Notes: generated by a model not told the origin, from the letters alone. A stretch of 64,000 nt of DNA from a candidate division TM6 bacterium UASB340 (GCA_001468925.1 LDIX01000004.1:77715-141714); one strand, 5' to 3'. Positions 44,490-55,075 are shown, numbered from the stretch's first letter. A program made the numbers and translations.

Positions 44490-45929
44490 TTACCCCTTTT
44501 TCCTTAAAATCAAATTCTTAAAAGAATCTCCCCTGTGCTTATAATCTTTAAATAAATCATAACTGGAACCGGTAGGTGAAAATAAAACCTGATCTCCGGG
44601 TTTTACAATATCAAAAACAGCTTCAATAACATTTTCCAATGTTGGATAACAACTATAGCAAGAAAAATTTGCACAATCTTTTCCAAAACAAAAAACAGCT
44701 TTTATATTTTTTATTTTTTTCAAAAATTCTACTAATGGAGTTCGATCTACCCCCTTTGATAATCCACCCAAAATTAAAATTATCGGTTTTTCATTTTTTG
44801 ATAATTTAGCTACAGCTTCCATAGTTGATTGATAAACGGTAGATTTGGAATCATTATAAAAATCAATTTCATTAAAAGTTGTAAACAATTCAAGTCTATG
44901 ATTTTGTAAATTTTCTTGTGAATAAAAATTACTGGTTTTGGCAAAAATTAATTCAAGTTGCTTTAAGTCAAAATCTAACAAAAATAGTGTTGCCAAAATT
45001 GTAACCCAGTTTTTTTCAAAACTAACATTTGGCAAATGTGTAATATCAAACAAAACCTTTTGTTCAACAATTTTATTGTTAAATATTTTATAAAAAATCA
45101 AATTGTTATTTGATACTGAAAAAATGTTAAATTTTTTTATACCTAAATTTGTTAGACTATCAAAAGATTTATTAAAATCTTGAGCCATACAACAAAGTTG
45201 AGTTTTAGTTTTTAAAATTTTAGTTAAAAATATATTTTTTATATCCGGCGACAAAACATCAAATAAAAATTCTGATGGAAAAATAAAATATTGATTCTCA
45301 TTTTGATATTCAAATATATGACATTTGGATTGAAAATAATCTTTCAAATCAATATGCCAATCAAGATGATTCGAATAAAAATTTGTCCATATGGCAATAT
45401 CGGGCGCAAATTTTTTATTTAATTTTAATTGAAAACTGGATAATTCCAAAAATGCCAAATCCGTATTATTTTGAGTAGCAACCAAATCAAGCATTGCATT
45501 TCCAATATTTCCTGCAGCACATGTTGATAAGTTTTCATTATCTTTTGTGAGCATTTTGGACGCAAAATTTGCAAGATATGAAGTTGTTGTGGTTTTACCT
45601 AAACTTCCTGTAATGGCTACAGTTTTTTTAGAAAAATAATCAGAAAGCAAATCAAGTTCACAAATAAATTTGGACTGATCATAAGAATCAAAATTTTTTA
45701 ATTTAAATCCAGGGCTTACAAAAATTTTGGTACTTTTTTCAAAAAAATTATTTAAATTTAATATATCAAAAAAAGAGACACCCAAAGAATCTAAATCTTT
45801 TAACTCATCAAAAGTAAGTTGTCTTTCATCAAAAATATTTATTTTTAAATTTTTATCTAATTTTTTGAAAAAATTTAGAGCCGATTTTCCAACAATTCCA
45901 AATCCTAAAATGCCAACGCTGTCTTGCAT
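44490..45929 (-). CDS. murD: UDP-N-acetylmuramoylalanine--D-glutamate ligase
   Basis: 479 aa. GFGIVGKS, ITGSLGKTTTTS, NDSKST, LILGGLSKG. Confidence 0.85.
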   Translation of the reverse strand: MQDSVGILGFGIVGKSALNFFKKLDKNLKINIFDERQLTFDELKDLDSLGVSFFDILNLNNFFEKSTKIFVSPGFKLKNFDSYDQSKFICELDLLSDYFSKKTVAITGSLGKTTTTSYLANFASKMLTKDNENLSTCAAGNIGNAMLDLVATQNNTDLAFLELSSFQLKLNKKFAPDIAIWTNFYSNHLDWHIDLKDYFQSKCHIFEYQNENQYFIFPSEFLFDVLSPDIKNIFLTKILKTKTQLCCMAQDFNKSFDSLTNLGIKKFNIFSVSNNNLIFYKIFNNKIVEQKVLFDITHLPNVSFEKNWVTILATLFLLDFDLKQLELIFAKTSNFYSQENLQNHRLELFTTFNEIDFYNDSKSTVYQSTMEAVAKLSKNEKPIILILGGLSKGVDRTPLVEFLKKIKNIKAVFCFGKDCANFSCYSCYPTLENVIEAVFDIVKPGDQVLFSPTGSSYDLFKDYKHRGDSFKNLILRKKG

Positions 45930-45962
45930 TGCAGTAAAGCCTCAAAATTAAATATTTAAAAA

Positions 45963-46439
45963 TTATAAATTAACTATTAGGTAATTTAGCATTTTTATCC
46001 AATTTTGCACAAATAATAGAGATGTTTTGGTATCAAGCTTTCCTGATTTAATAAATTTCAGACCATCTTCAAGTCTCTCTTTATTAATTTTTCCAACTCT
46101 TCTAACAAAAAATCTTCTATTAATTTTTGATAAGATTAAATCAATACTTTCTTTTTCTGAAAAATCTATTTTGGAACTTTTTACAGAATCCAACAATAAA
46201 ATTTCTGAATACAATCTATAAAATAAAATTTCTATTTTTTTAAAATATCTCTTAACCCATATTTTATAAATTTTATGAATTGCTGTGATAATTATAATAA
46301 TAGATACAAATGTTAAAAAATAATCCAAATGATGCACCAATACTTGCAAAACTCCGGAAATACCCGAAATAGCTTTGGTTGTACCTAAGCCCGGTAAACC
46401 TATAGGTGCAAATAAAAAAAGATAACTAAATAGTATCAT
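45963..46439 (-). CDS. Hypothetical membrane protein
   Basis: 158 aa with two N-terminal hydrophobic segments. Sits between the amidase gene and murD. Confidence 0.45.
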   Translation of the reverse strand: MILFSYLFLFAPIGLPGLGTTKAISGISGVLQVLVHHLDYFLTFVSIIIIITAIHKIYKIWVKRYFKKIEILFYRLYSEILLLDSVKSSKIDFSEKESIDLILSKINRRFFVRRVGKINKERLEDGLKFIKSGKLDTKTSLLFVQNWIKMLNYLIVNL

Positions 46440-46447
46440 AATTACTC

Positions 46448-47635
46448 CTAATTTTTGCTTAAAGTCTCAACATATTTCTCAATACCCTTTGAAATTCCAA
46501 TTGCCAAAAGTTGCCTGTAAGCAGGAATTGACAACCTTTTAGCCTCTTTTTGATTTGTTATAAACCCAACTTCAATGAGAGCCGCCGGAATATCATTTTC
46601 CAGTAAGACTCTAAAATCGTTTCGTTTAATACCTCGATCTATTACATCCGAAACTTTTTTGCTATTTAAATATTCGATTATTCCATTTTGAATACTTAAA
46701 GCAAGTTGTTCAGACTGATCAATATTATTTTTTAATGTTATATCTGCAAATTTTGCAATAGTTTCATCATTTTCATTAAAAACAAATAGAAATCCGCCTC
46801 TCCTGTCTCGAGCTAAAATATCATTTGAATTTAAAAAATAAGATTCGATACCGGAAGCATTAGAAACACTTGGAACAGCATTTGCATGAATGGAAACAAA
46901 AAAATCTGCTTTTAATTGTGTAGCCAAATCGGTTCTATCTTTTAAAGATAAAAATTTATCTTGAGTTCTAGTTAAATAGACCTCAAAACCTTTTTTTTTT
47001 AACAAAAGTTGAACGCGGCGAGCAATATCAAGTGTTAAATCCTTCTCTTTTAATAAAAAAAAACCCAGCGCACCGGTATCTTGTCCACCATGTCCGGCAT
47101 CAACTAAAATACGATTTTTTTTTTGCAATTCAGAATTTTTACAATCAATTAATTTATTATCAAAATCATTTGATTTATTTTTTGCATAAAGCAACTGCTT
47201 TCCCTGTTCCTGTAATTTTTGCAAATCACTTTTTTTAAAAAAATCGATTAACAACCTTGCCGGATCTTCAAGTTTATTCCAGCGAATTAAAATATCATCC
47301 GTTGAAAAAGTTATTAATATAACAACTCTTGGACTTGGTGCCTGTGAATAAAACAATTCGGCTTTTTTTATGATATCGCCCAAACTTTTTATAGATTCTA
47401 CAACATTTTTTTCCTTAAAATCTTGTATATTCATAGCCGGAAAAGATATTTCCAACTGCATCTTTTCGGCATCTATTCGTTTTTCAAAATATAAAGAATT
47501 TGTAAATTCAAAAAAAAGTTGTGGCGCCAATCTCTTATTACAAATTTCAACATACTTCAAAGAATTTATTGAATAAACCGATCTTGAACCTAATAAGACG
47601 CACAAAATGATAATTTTTTTGAAATAAGTATTCAT
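46448..47635 (-). CDS. N-acetylmuramoyl-L-alanine amidase (Amidase_3, AmiC-like with an N-terminal AMIN-like region)
   Basis: ILVDAGHGGQDTGA, FVSIHANA, ALIEVGFITN. Confidence 0.85.
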   Translation of the reverse strand: MNTYFKKIIILCVLLGSRSVYSINSLKYVEICNKRLAPQLFFEFTNSLYFEKRIDAEKMQLEISFPAMNIQDFKEKNVVESIKSLGDIIKKAELFYSQAPSPRVVILITFSTDDILIRWNKLEDPARLLIDFFKKSDLQKLQEQGKQLLYAKNKSNDFDNKLIDCKNSELQKKNRILVDAGHGGQDTGALGFFLLKEKDLTLDIARRVQLLLKKKGFEVYLTRTQDKFLSLKDRTDLATQLKADFFVSIHANAVPSVSNASGIESYFLNSNDILARDRRGGFLFVFNENDETIAKFADITLKNNIDQSEQLALSIQNGIIEYLNSKKVSDVIDRGIKRNDFRVLLENDIPAALIEVGFITNQKEAKRLSIPAYRQLLAIGISKGIEKYVETLSKN

Positions 47636-47791
47636 AAGCCCACCCCTTTTTATTCTATTAATACATTTTTCAACATAAATTTACTAAATAACTTTTCTAA
47701 TTGTCAATTAAAAAGATTTATTTCTGAATAATTTGTATAAAAAGGGCAAATTTAATATTCTTATTTTTTATAAGTTTTTTTTAGGATAATT

Positions 47792-48712
47792 ATGGAAATA
47801 CTTAAAAATATAAGTCTAAAAGATAAAAATTGGTTTAAAACCGGTGGCAATTCAAAATTTTTCTGTGAGCCTGAAACAGAACATGAATTTGTACAAGCTA
47901 TAACTTTTGCCAATAAAAATAATCTGGAAATATTTGTTTTAGGTGATGGTGCAAATTTACTTATAAGTGATAATGGTTTTAATGGATTAACAATAAGGCC
48001 TAAGCTCAAAAATATAACTATAAACAAAAACATGGTAATGGCTCAAGCCGGTGTAGCGATTCAAGATTTAATAAATTTTTGTCTTGATAATAACTTACTT
48101 GGCATTGAAGATTTCAGTTGTATTCCCGGTTCTATTGGAGGTGCTGTATATATTAATATTCACTATTTTGAAAAATTTTTAAGTGATTATTTAATTAATG
48201 CTCAAATTATAAACTCTAAAACCGGTGAAATAATTGTTGTAAATAAAAGTTGGTTTAATTTTGGTTATGATCAATCTAAATTACAAAATAAAAATTATTT
48301 TTTAGTTAGTGCTACTTTTGAATTAAAAAAATGTGATAATTTGGAAGCTGCATATGCTAAAGGTCGTCGCGATGAGATTATAAGATACAGGCAAAGACAA
48401 TATCCAACATCAAATAGTTGTGGCAGCTTTTTTAGAAATTTTCACGAAAATGAAGTAAGTTTGGAAATCAACGGTAAAAAAATGATATTTGTAGCCTACT
48501 ATTTAGACAAACTAGGAATAAAAGGCAACCTAAAAATAGGTGGTGCTCAAGTTTCTTTTAAGCATGCAAATATGATAGTTACAGATGATACTGCAATAAG
48601 CCAAGATGTTATAAATTTGGCAAAAGAAATACAAAATCTTGTATTTAAAAATTATGGGATAAAACCTGTTGCAGAATGTCAATTAATAGGTTTTGAAGAA
48701 AATATTTTATAA
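47792..48712 (+). CDS. murB: UDP-N-acetylenolpyruvoylglucosamine reductase
   Basis: NWFKTGGNSKFF, VLGDGANLL, PGSIGGAVYINIH, SCGSFFRN. Confidence 0.9.
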   Translation: MEILKNISLKDKNWFKTGGNSKFFCEPETEHEFVQAITFANKNNLEIFVLGDGANLLISDNGFNGLTIRPKLKNITINKNMVMAQAGVAIQDLINFCLDNNLLGIEDFSCIPGSIGGAVYINIHYFEKFLSDYLINAQIINSKTGEIIVVNKSWFNFGYDQSKLQNKNYFLVSATFELKKCDNLEAAYAKGRRDEIIRYRQRQYPTSNSCGSFFRNFHENEVSLEINGKKMIFVAYYLDKLGIKGNLKIGGAQVSFKHANMIVTDDTAISQDVINLAKEIQNLVFKNYGIKPVAECQLIGFEENIL

Positions 48713-48717
48713 AAAAA

Positions 48718-50004
48718 TTAACAAACAACCAACTGAAATTTAGGTTCACCATTTATCATTTTTAAGCTTAAATAAGATGGTTCATAATAAAAACCTGGTA
48801 TATCACATGACATATGTATAAAAATTGGTTTTTCACAACTCCCAATGTCGCAAATTCCCAATGACAAATTTATTATTCCATTTAAAACATCCTGAATATT
48901 GTTTATATTTTTTAAAAAAATTTCATAATTTTTAAATGTTTTAGATTCAAATAATCCATGATAATGACCTTTTAAAAATCCATCAATTCCATATAAATCC
49001 ATGCGCTCTAATGCTAAAAGAGTAGGATATTTATATGCACAGTTACGTACAAATACAAAACTATTTTCAGATAATTCAGGATCTAAATCATCCCACAAAA
49101 AAGGTGAAACAAAATATTTTTTATCCGAATATATAGGACCCGTAAGTTCAAATTCATAATCACTATTAAGTAAATCTCTTGGATCATAATTAAAATTAAA
49201 GCCGCCATGATTTATTTGATATGTTTTATTTTTTAATTTTAAATATATTACTTCAGGCAATATGTTAAATACAGACAAGATATTATAATAAAATATTGCA
49301 ACATCATCTTCTGCTAACTTTTTTTTCAATTCATCAAAAAATCCATAATACATATTCATACTGAAAGATTCATGGTTACCCTTTAAAATAAATACCGAAT
49401 CAGGATTTAATATTTTTAAAAAGAAAATAAAAAATAAAACTTCGAAACTATCCTCCCCTTTATCAACAAAATCCCCCAAAAAAATAAGTTTTCTATTGCC
49501 AATTATTTCAAGATTTTCATTGAAAACATTATTAAGAAGAAGTTGTTTGAAAATTTTTACCAATGCAAAAAAATTTCCATGTATATCACCTAAAAAAACT
49601 ATTTCGTCAAAATTATCAATATCAATTTTTTTTGCATAATAAAATTGAAAATAATCCGGAGATATATTATCCATCATTTCGATATTTAAAGCTAAATCAC
49701 AAGAATTTTCAAAAAAATCTGCCGCATTATAATTTATCCACTTATTAGTATCATTTAAATCTTGCAAAATAAGTTTATAAACATATGACACCAATGGATA
49801 AAAAATAGAAGTCTCATTAATTTTTATTGGGTACTTTTCTTTATTATTTAATAATTCACAAATTTTACTAAAATTATTCAATCCAAGTTTTTTTATCGAT
49901 TCTTTTAAATTTTGTGAATTATCAAACATAGCAAATAGATTATTAAACAAAAAAAAAGAATATATAACAAACAAGAATATTTTTAATTTTTTAAATCTGA
50001 TCAT
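48718..50004 (-). CDS. Secreted PPP-family Ser/Thr protein phosphatase (intact metallophosphatase motifs)
   Basis: VFLGDIHGNF, IFLGDFVDKGEDS, ILKGNHES, INHGG. N-terminal signal-like KLKIFLFVIYSFFLFNNLFA. Confidence 0.8.
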   Translation of the reverse strand: MIRFKKLKIFLFVIYSFFLFNNLFAMFDNSQNLKESIKKLGLNNFSKICELLNNKEKYPIKINETSIFYPLVSYVYKLILQDLNDTNKWINYNAADFFENSCDLALNIEMMDNISPDYFQFYYAKKIDIDNFDEIVFLGDIHGNFFALVKIFKQLLLNNVFNENLEIIGNRKLIFLGDFVDKGEDSFEVLFFIFFLKILNPDSVFILKGNHESFSMNMYYGFFDELKKKLAEDDVAIFYYNILSVFNILPEVIYLKLKNKTYQINHGGFNFNYDPRDLLNSDYEFELTGPIYSDKKYFVSPFLWDDLDPELSENSFVFVRNCAYKYPTLLALERMDLYGIDGFLKGHYHGLFESKTFKNYEIFLKNINNIQDVLNGIINLSLGICDIGSCEKPIFIHMSCDIPGFYYEPSYLSLKMINGEPKFQLVVC

Positions 50005-51130
50005 TTAATATCTTAAACCTATAATCTTTCATTAAATCAATCATAAACTGAATATTATGAATTGTAGCCAAAGTTAGTCCAATAAGCTCATGCGCTTTAA
50101 ATAAGTGATAAACATATGACAATGAATAGTTTTGGCATGTAATACAACTACAATCAGTTTCTATAGGTCCATGATTAAGAGCATTTCCACTCTTAAAAAT
50201 TCTCATTAAGCCTTTTTTTGTAAATAATAGACCGTGACGAGCGGCACGAGTCGGATGTGAACTATCAAATGTATCAATACCAAGTGGGACAATTCCGGCA
50301 ATAGATTCAAGATCTCCAATTCCTAACAAATGATTAGGTTTATCTTGCGGCAAATTTGGCATCAAAGATTTTAACATATCAAACATTTCAAATCTATCTT
50401 TACCAACACTGCCGCCAATTGCAAAACCATCAAAATCAAGCTTTGTTAAATTATCACAACTCTTTTTGCGTAAATCTTTGTCTACACCACCATGCAAAAC
50501 AGCATATAAAGCCTGCTTGTTTATATTTTTTTTATGTTCATCCAAAGATCTTTTTTCCCATCTATGGGTACGATCTAAAGACTTTAATAACTGCTTTGAA
50601 TCAGCATGATATGGTAAAAGTTCATCAAAACTAACAATAATATCTGCGCCAATTTCTTTTTGAGCTTGAATTGATGTTTCGGGTGTTAGCAAAATTTTGG
50701 CACCATCTTTGTAAGACCTAAATAAAACACCCTCTTCGCTAATTTTTATAACTGAACTATCATGTTTTTTTTGTCCCTTACTCTTTAGTTCTTGAGCAAC
50801 TCCGCCGTATGCAAGACTAAATACCTGAAATCCACCCGAATCCGTAATTATAGGAAAACTTCTTTTAGCAAATTTATGAATTCCACCGGCTTGTGCGATC
50901 AACTTTGAACCCGGCTGTAAAATTAAATGATATGTATTTGCAAACATCAACTGCAAACCCATTTCATCCAAAGTTTTATTATCTAGCGCTTTTAATGTTC
51001 CATTAGTTCCAACAGCAACAAAACAAGGTGTATCTATTATTCCATGAGGAGTATAAATACGCCCAACTCTGGCTCCGGATTTTTTAGATTTATATATAAT
51101 TTCAAACTTAAAAAAATCATTAGAAGTCAT
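49991..51130 (-). CDS. tgt: Queuine tRNA-ribosyltransferase (tRNA-guanine transglycosylase)
   Basis: FMFANTYHL, ITDSGGFQVFSL, LLGIGD, zinc site CSCITCQNYS...YHLF. Confidence 0.93.
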   Translation of the reverse strand: MTSNDFFKFEIIYKSKKSGARVGRIYTPHGIIDTPCFVAVGTNGTLKALDNKTLDEMGLQLMFANTYHLILQPGSKLIAQAGGIHKFAKRSFPIITDSGGFQVFSLAYGGVAQELKSKGQKKHDSSVIKISEEGVLFRSYKDGAKILLTPETSIQAQKEIGADIIVSFDELLPYHADSKQLLKSLDRTHRWEKRSLDEHKKNINKQALYAVLHGGVDKDLRKKSCDNLTKLDFDGFAIGGSVGKDRFEMFDMLKSLMPNLPQDKPNHLLGIGDLESIAGIVPLGIDTFDSSHPTRAARHGLLFTKKGLMRIFKSGNALNHGPIETDCSCITCQNYSLSYVYHLFKAHELIGLTLATIHNIQFMIDLMKDYRFKILNDQI

Positions 51131-51800
51131 TTGAATCCAAATTTTTTATCAAATATTTTTTTGTAAAACCAATAATAGGCATAGCGATCAGAGTTATTAA
51201 TACTTTTATAGAAAATCCAACAATTATAACTTGTACCGGAGACCCCACTATTCCAAACAAACCTATAAAAACAAATAAAATAGTGTCGATCAATTGTGTA
51301 AATATTATTGAAATAATATTTCTTAAGACCAAATATTTCCCATCATATTTTTCGTTTAATAGCGCATAAAAGCTTGCATTAAATCTTAAAGAAACAAAAT
51401 AAGCAAACATAGAGGCCATAACAATCCTTGGCGCAAATCGCAAGATTTCATTAAATAAAATATGTGCCCAATCATGCTGACTTGGAATATAAGATAGGTG
51501 AATAAATGACATTGAAAGATAAAAAAATATGGCAAAAAAGCTAATTTTTATAGTTTTCCTTGAAAATTCAATGCCAAAATATTCTTGTAGCAAATTTATG
51601 CCTAAAACTATTCCTATGACAAAAACATCAGAACATGTAGCATTTAATCCAAAAATAGTCATTTGCTTCAAGACAAATAAATTTGAAAGCACAGTTTCGA
51701 GACAAATAAGTCCAACAAGTGCACTTTTACCGAATTTTAATGCTAAAAACGTAGCTACTACAATAGATATAATGTGTAAAAAAAATATTAATTCGTTCAT
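51120..51800 (-). CDS. yhhQ: Queuosine-precursor transporter (YhhQ/DUF165 family)
   Basis: 226 aa polytopic protein. LSNLFVLKQMTIFGLNATCSDVFVIGIVLGINLLQEYFG and QLIDTILFVFIG. Overlaps the tgt start by 11 nt. Confidence 0.75.
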   Translation of the reverse strand: MNELIFFLHIISIVVATFLALKFGKSALVGLICLETVLSNLFVLKQMTIFGLNATCSDVFVIGIVLGINLLQEYFGIEFSRKTIKISFFAIFFYLSMSFIHLSYIPSQHDWAHILFNEILRFAPRIVMASMFAYFVSLRFNASFYALLNEKYDGKYLVLRNIISIIFTQLIDTILFVFIGLFGIVGSPVQVIIVGFSIKVLITLIAMPIIGFTKKYLIKNLDSNDF

Positions 51801-51919
51801 AATAATTAATTATAAATAAAAATAAAATAAAATCATATGGTAAAACAAACAAAAAATTATGTTATAATTACTAAAGTTTTTTAGTATTATAGCCTTTTTT
51901 TATTACCAAGGATTTGAAA

Positions 51920-53227
51920 ATGTCCTCAAATGTAACCCTTGAAAAAATAGTGTCTCTATGTAAGCGCAGAGGTTTTGTCTATCAAAGTGCCGAAATATAT
52001 TCAGGTTTAAATGGTGTTTACGATTTTGGCCCACTCGGATCACAATTAAAACAGAATATTAAAAACGCATGGATTCAAGATTTAAATAGAGGTAAAGAGG
52101 ATATTGTATTTTTGGATGGATCAATTTTGGGAGCACAACAGGTTTGGCAAGCATCAGGACACGCTGATAACTTTAGCGATCCATTGGTTGATTGCCAAAA
52201 TTGTAAAAAAAGATTTCGATCTGACGATATAAATTTGGAAAAACCTTGCCCATCGTGCGGTATAAAAAAATGGACAGACGTTCGACAATTTAAACTAATG
52301 TTTGAAACGCAACTTGGAGCTGTTAGCAACGAATCAAATATTGCTTACTTAAGGCCGGAAACAGCCCAATCAATTTTTATAAATTTTAAAAATGTTTTAA
52401 GTTCTACCAAAGTTAAAATTCCATTTGGAATTGCCCAAATTGGTAAAGCATTTAGAAATGAAATCACTCCTAAGCAGTTTTTATTCAGAATGCGCGAATT
52501 TGAGCAAATGGAAATGGAATTTTTCTGTAAAGGTGAAGATGCCAATAATTTCTTTGATATTTGGGTAGAACGTAGATTAAATTTTTACAAAAATATCGGT
52601 CTAAATATGCAAAATATAAAAACCAGACATCATGCTCAAGATGAACTTGCGCACTATTCAAAAGCTTGCATAGACGTTGAATACAATTTTCCATTTGGTT
52701 TTAAAGAACTTGAGGGAATAGCATATAGAACAAACTTTGATCTTTCTCAACATGCAAAATTTTCAGGAAAAGATCTTTCTGTTTTTGATGATGAAAAAAA
52801 AGAATCTTTTGTTCCACATGTTGTTGAATGTTCCGTTGGTGTGGACAGATTATTTTTAACACTATTATTTGATGCTTATACCGAAGATGAAGTTGAAGGC
52901 GAAATACGAACAAGCTTAAGATTAAGCCCTAAAATCGCACCGGTTACTGCAGCAATTTTACCATTAAGTAAAAATTTATCTGAAAACAGTATAAAAATTT
53001 ACGATCACTTAAAAAAGAATGGTTTTAGGGTTCAGTTTGACGAATCAGGATCAATAGGCAAAAGATATAGAAGGCAAGACGAAATTGGCACACCTGTTTG
53101 CATAACATATGATTTTGAAAGTATTGAAGATAATAAAGTTACATTACGAGATCGTGATAGTTTAAAACAAGAAAGAATTTCAATCGATCAAATCGAATAC
53201 TATTTAAATAATATTTTGAATAAATAA
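51920..53227 (+). CDS. glyQS: Glycyl-tRNA synthetase, homodimeric (alpha2) type
   Basis: LCKRRGFVYQSAEIYSGLNGVYDFGPLG, YLRPETAQSIF, GKAFRNEITP, FRMREFEQMEMEFF. ATG 51920 (6 nt after AAGGAT) preferred over TTG 51914. Confidence 0.9.
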   Translation: MSSNVTLEKIVSLCKRRGFVYQSAEIYSGLNGVYDFGPLGSQLKQNIKNAWIQDLNRGKEDIVFLDGSILGAQQVWQASGHADNFSDPLVDCQNCKKRFRSDDINLEKPCPSCGIKKWTDVRQFKLMFETQLGAVSNESNIAYLRPETAQSIFINFKNVLSSTKVKIPFGIAQIGKAFRNEITPKQFLFRMREFEQMEMEFFCKGEDANNFFDIWVERRLNFYKNIGLNMQNIKTRHHAQDELAHYSKACIDVEYNFPFGFKELEGIAYRTNFDLSQHAKFSGKDLSVFDDEKKESFVPHVVECSVGVDRLFLTLLFDAYTEDEVEGEIRTSLRLSPKIAPVTAAILPLSKNLSENSIKIYDHLKKNGFRVQFDESGSIGKRYRRQDEIGTPVCITYDFESIEDNKVTLRDRDSLKQERISIDQIEYYLNNILNK

Positions 53228-53242
53228 AAAAAGAGAGTTTTA

Positions 53243-53818
53243 ATGAATATTATACGAAAAATATATGACTGGATGGGGAAAAAAGTACATTCAAAATATG
53301 CAAACTTGTGGCTTGCTACACTTTTTTTTATAGAAGCTATTTTTTTTATTCCCGTAGACCCTTTACTTATACTTTTTTGTGTAGAAAATAGTAAAAAATC
53401 ATTAAAATATGCAGCAATTGCAACTTTATCATCTGTAGCCGGCGGTGTTTTTGCTTATGGTATAGGCAAATTGATGTGGGATACCATTGGCATAAATTTG
53501 GTTAAATGGATAATATCCGAATCTGTATTTAATGCCGCAATATTAAAATATAAACTTTATCAAAATTGGGCAGTTTTAATTGCAGGTTTTACACCATTAC
53601 CATATAAAGCAGTAACATTATCTGCCGGATTTTGTGGTTTATCACTATTACCATTCATCTTTTATTCAATAATATCCAGAGGTGCCAGATTTTTTCTAGT
53701 TGCAGGGTCTATTAGAATATGGGGACCTCAAATTAAAATTTTTATTGACCGATATTTTAACCAATTGGTAATATTATTTACAATAATTCTTATAGCCAGC
53801 GTTTGGCTTTTAAAATAA
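53243..53818 (+). CDS. YqaA/DedA-related membrane protein
   Basis: 191 aa. WLATLFFIEAIFFIPVDPLLI and FTPLPYKAVTLSAG. Confidence 0.7.
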   Translation: MNIIRKIYDWMGKKVHSKYANLWLATLFFIEAIFFIPVDPLLILFCVENSKKSLKYAAIATLSSVAGGVFAYGIGKLMWDTIGINLVKWIISESVFNAAILKYKLYQNWAVLIAGFTPLPYKAVTLSAGFCGLSLLPFIFYSIISRGARFFLVAGSIRIWGPQIKIFIDRYFNQLVILFTIILIASVWLLK

Positions 53819-53862
53819 AAATCGTACACTAAAATTATGCAAATTTAACTATAAGGATAATT

Positions 53863-54516
53863 ATGAAATGTACTGTTATTGGTTTAGGACGTTTCGGGTA
53901 TCAATTGGCAACATCTCTTGCAGATCAAGGCATGGAAGTATTGGCAATTGATAGCAACGAAACAATAATTGCCTCAATTAGAGATAAAGTGACTCAAGCT
54001 GTTTGCCTAAGAGTTACAAGCGAAGATTCTCTTTTAACACTTGGCATAGAAGACATGGATACTGTAGTTGTTGCAATGGGGGAAGATTTTGCTCAATCAA
54101 TTTTAATTACGGCATTACTTAAGAAAAATCTAAATGTAAAAAATGTAATATCCCGAGCCGTAAGCAAAATTCACGAAAATATATTAATTCTAGTTGGTGC
54201 CGACAGAGTTGTATTTCCTGAACAAGATATAGGAATAAAGCTTGCAAATAATTTAGCTTTTTCTTTAATAGAATTTTTTCAAGTAACGGAAAAATTTGCC
54301 CTAACCGAAATTGAAGCACCAAAAAGCTTTGTAGGAAAAACTCTTTCCAGCATAAATCTTAAAAAATCACGCCAGGTTTCATGCATAGGTGTGAATGTAG
54401 ACGATGAAATAAATTTAATAGATCCTGATTATGTTGTTCAGCAAGGTGATAAATTATTATTCGCCGGTAATAATGATAAATTAGCAGATCTGGCAGAAGA
54501 AAAAGAAGAAGAATAA
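53863..54516 (+). CDS. TrkA/KtrA-type K+ transport regulatory (RCK) protein
   Basis: VIGLGRFGYQLATSLADQGMEVLAID (TrkA-N Rossmann fold) plus a C-terminal TrkA-C domain. No adjacent KtrB/TrkH gene. Confidence 0.8.
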   Translation: MKCTVIGLGRFGYQLATSLADQGMEVLAIDSNETIIASIRDKVTQAVCLRVTSEDSLLTLGIEDMDTVVVAMGEDFAQSILITALLKKNLNVKNVISRAVSKIHENILILVGADRVVFPEQDIGIKLANNLAFSLIEFFQVTEKFALTEIEAPKSFVGKTLSSINLKKSRQVSCIGVNVDDEINLIDPDYVVQQGDKLLFAGNNDKLADLAEEKEEE

Positions 54517-54547
54517 AAAAGAGCAGGTTTTAAACCTGCTCTTTTTT
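54515..54547. terminator. Bidirectional rho-independent terminator between the ktrA-like gene and rplU
   Basis: A6, then GAGCAGGTTT-T-AAACCTGCTC, then T6. Confidence 0.85.
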
Positions 54548-54569
54548 ATTTGATTTGCGATAAAAATAA

Positions 54570-54902
54570 TTAGATTGATTCAATTCTAATTATGGTCATT
54601 AATTGTCTATGACCTTTTTTGGTTCTTTGTTTATGACGTCTTTTATGTCTGAATACTATTACTTTGGGACCTTTATCTTGTTTTACAATAGAAGCATGCA
54701 AAACCGCACCGTTAACAAACGGTTGTCCTATTTCAAATTTATCTTCGCCAGTCTTGCGAAATAACACTTCTTTGAATTCAACTTTATCTCCGGCATTTCC
54801 CTCAATTTTTTCTATTGAAACTGTTTTTCCAGGTATTGCCTGATACTGTTTTCCACCTGTTGCAAAAATTGCATATTGATCAAATGCTATAATATCTTTC
54901 AT
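54570..54902 (-). CDS. rplU: 50S ribosomal protein L21
   Basis: YAIFATGGKQYQAIPGKTVSIEKI...KVIVFRHKRRHKQRTKKGHRQ. Confidence 0.93.
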   Translation of the reverse strand: MKDIIAFDQYAIFATGGKQYQAIPGKTVSIEKIEGNAGDKVEFKEVLFRKTGEDKFEIGQPFVNGAVLHASIVKQDKGPKVIVFRHKRRHKQRTKKGHRQLMTIIRIESI

Positions 54903-55075
54903 GCGTAAATCCGCCTTTCAACAACCCAAAGGTCCTAAAATTTTAAGTATTTTTACTAATTTATATCAAATAAACGGGTAAATATACTATACCAAAAATG
55001 CTCTTGGTGTCCAGCTAAAAGCCTAAACAATTATAATTTTTGACTAAACTTTACAACTTGAATATTCAAATTTAA

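Noticed and set aside
46985-47125. A10/T10 homopolymers inside the amidase gene as possible phase-variation switches
   Set aside because: They are read in frame as Lys runs (LLKKKGF, LQKKNRI) in an intact, conserved-looking gene. Such tracts are common in genomes this AT-rich, and there is no evidence of frame disruption.
51801-51913. Possible preQ1 riboswitch upstream of the yhhQ-tgt operon (a 7-bp hairpin TACTAAA-AAAC-TTTAGTA on the minus strand)
   Set aside because: The hairpin lacks the conserved preQ1-I loop nucleotides and the A-rich tail or pseudoknot partner. It is pure A/T apart from one pair. I saw no convincing match to any preQ1 class.
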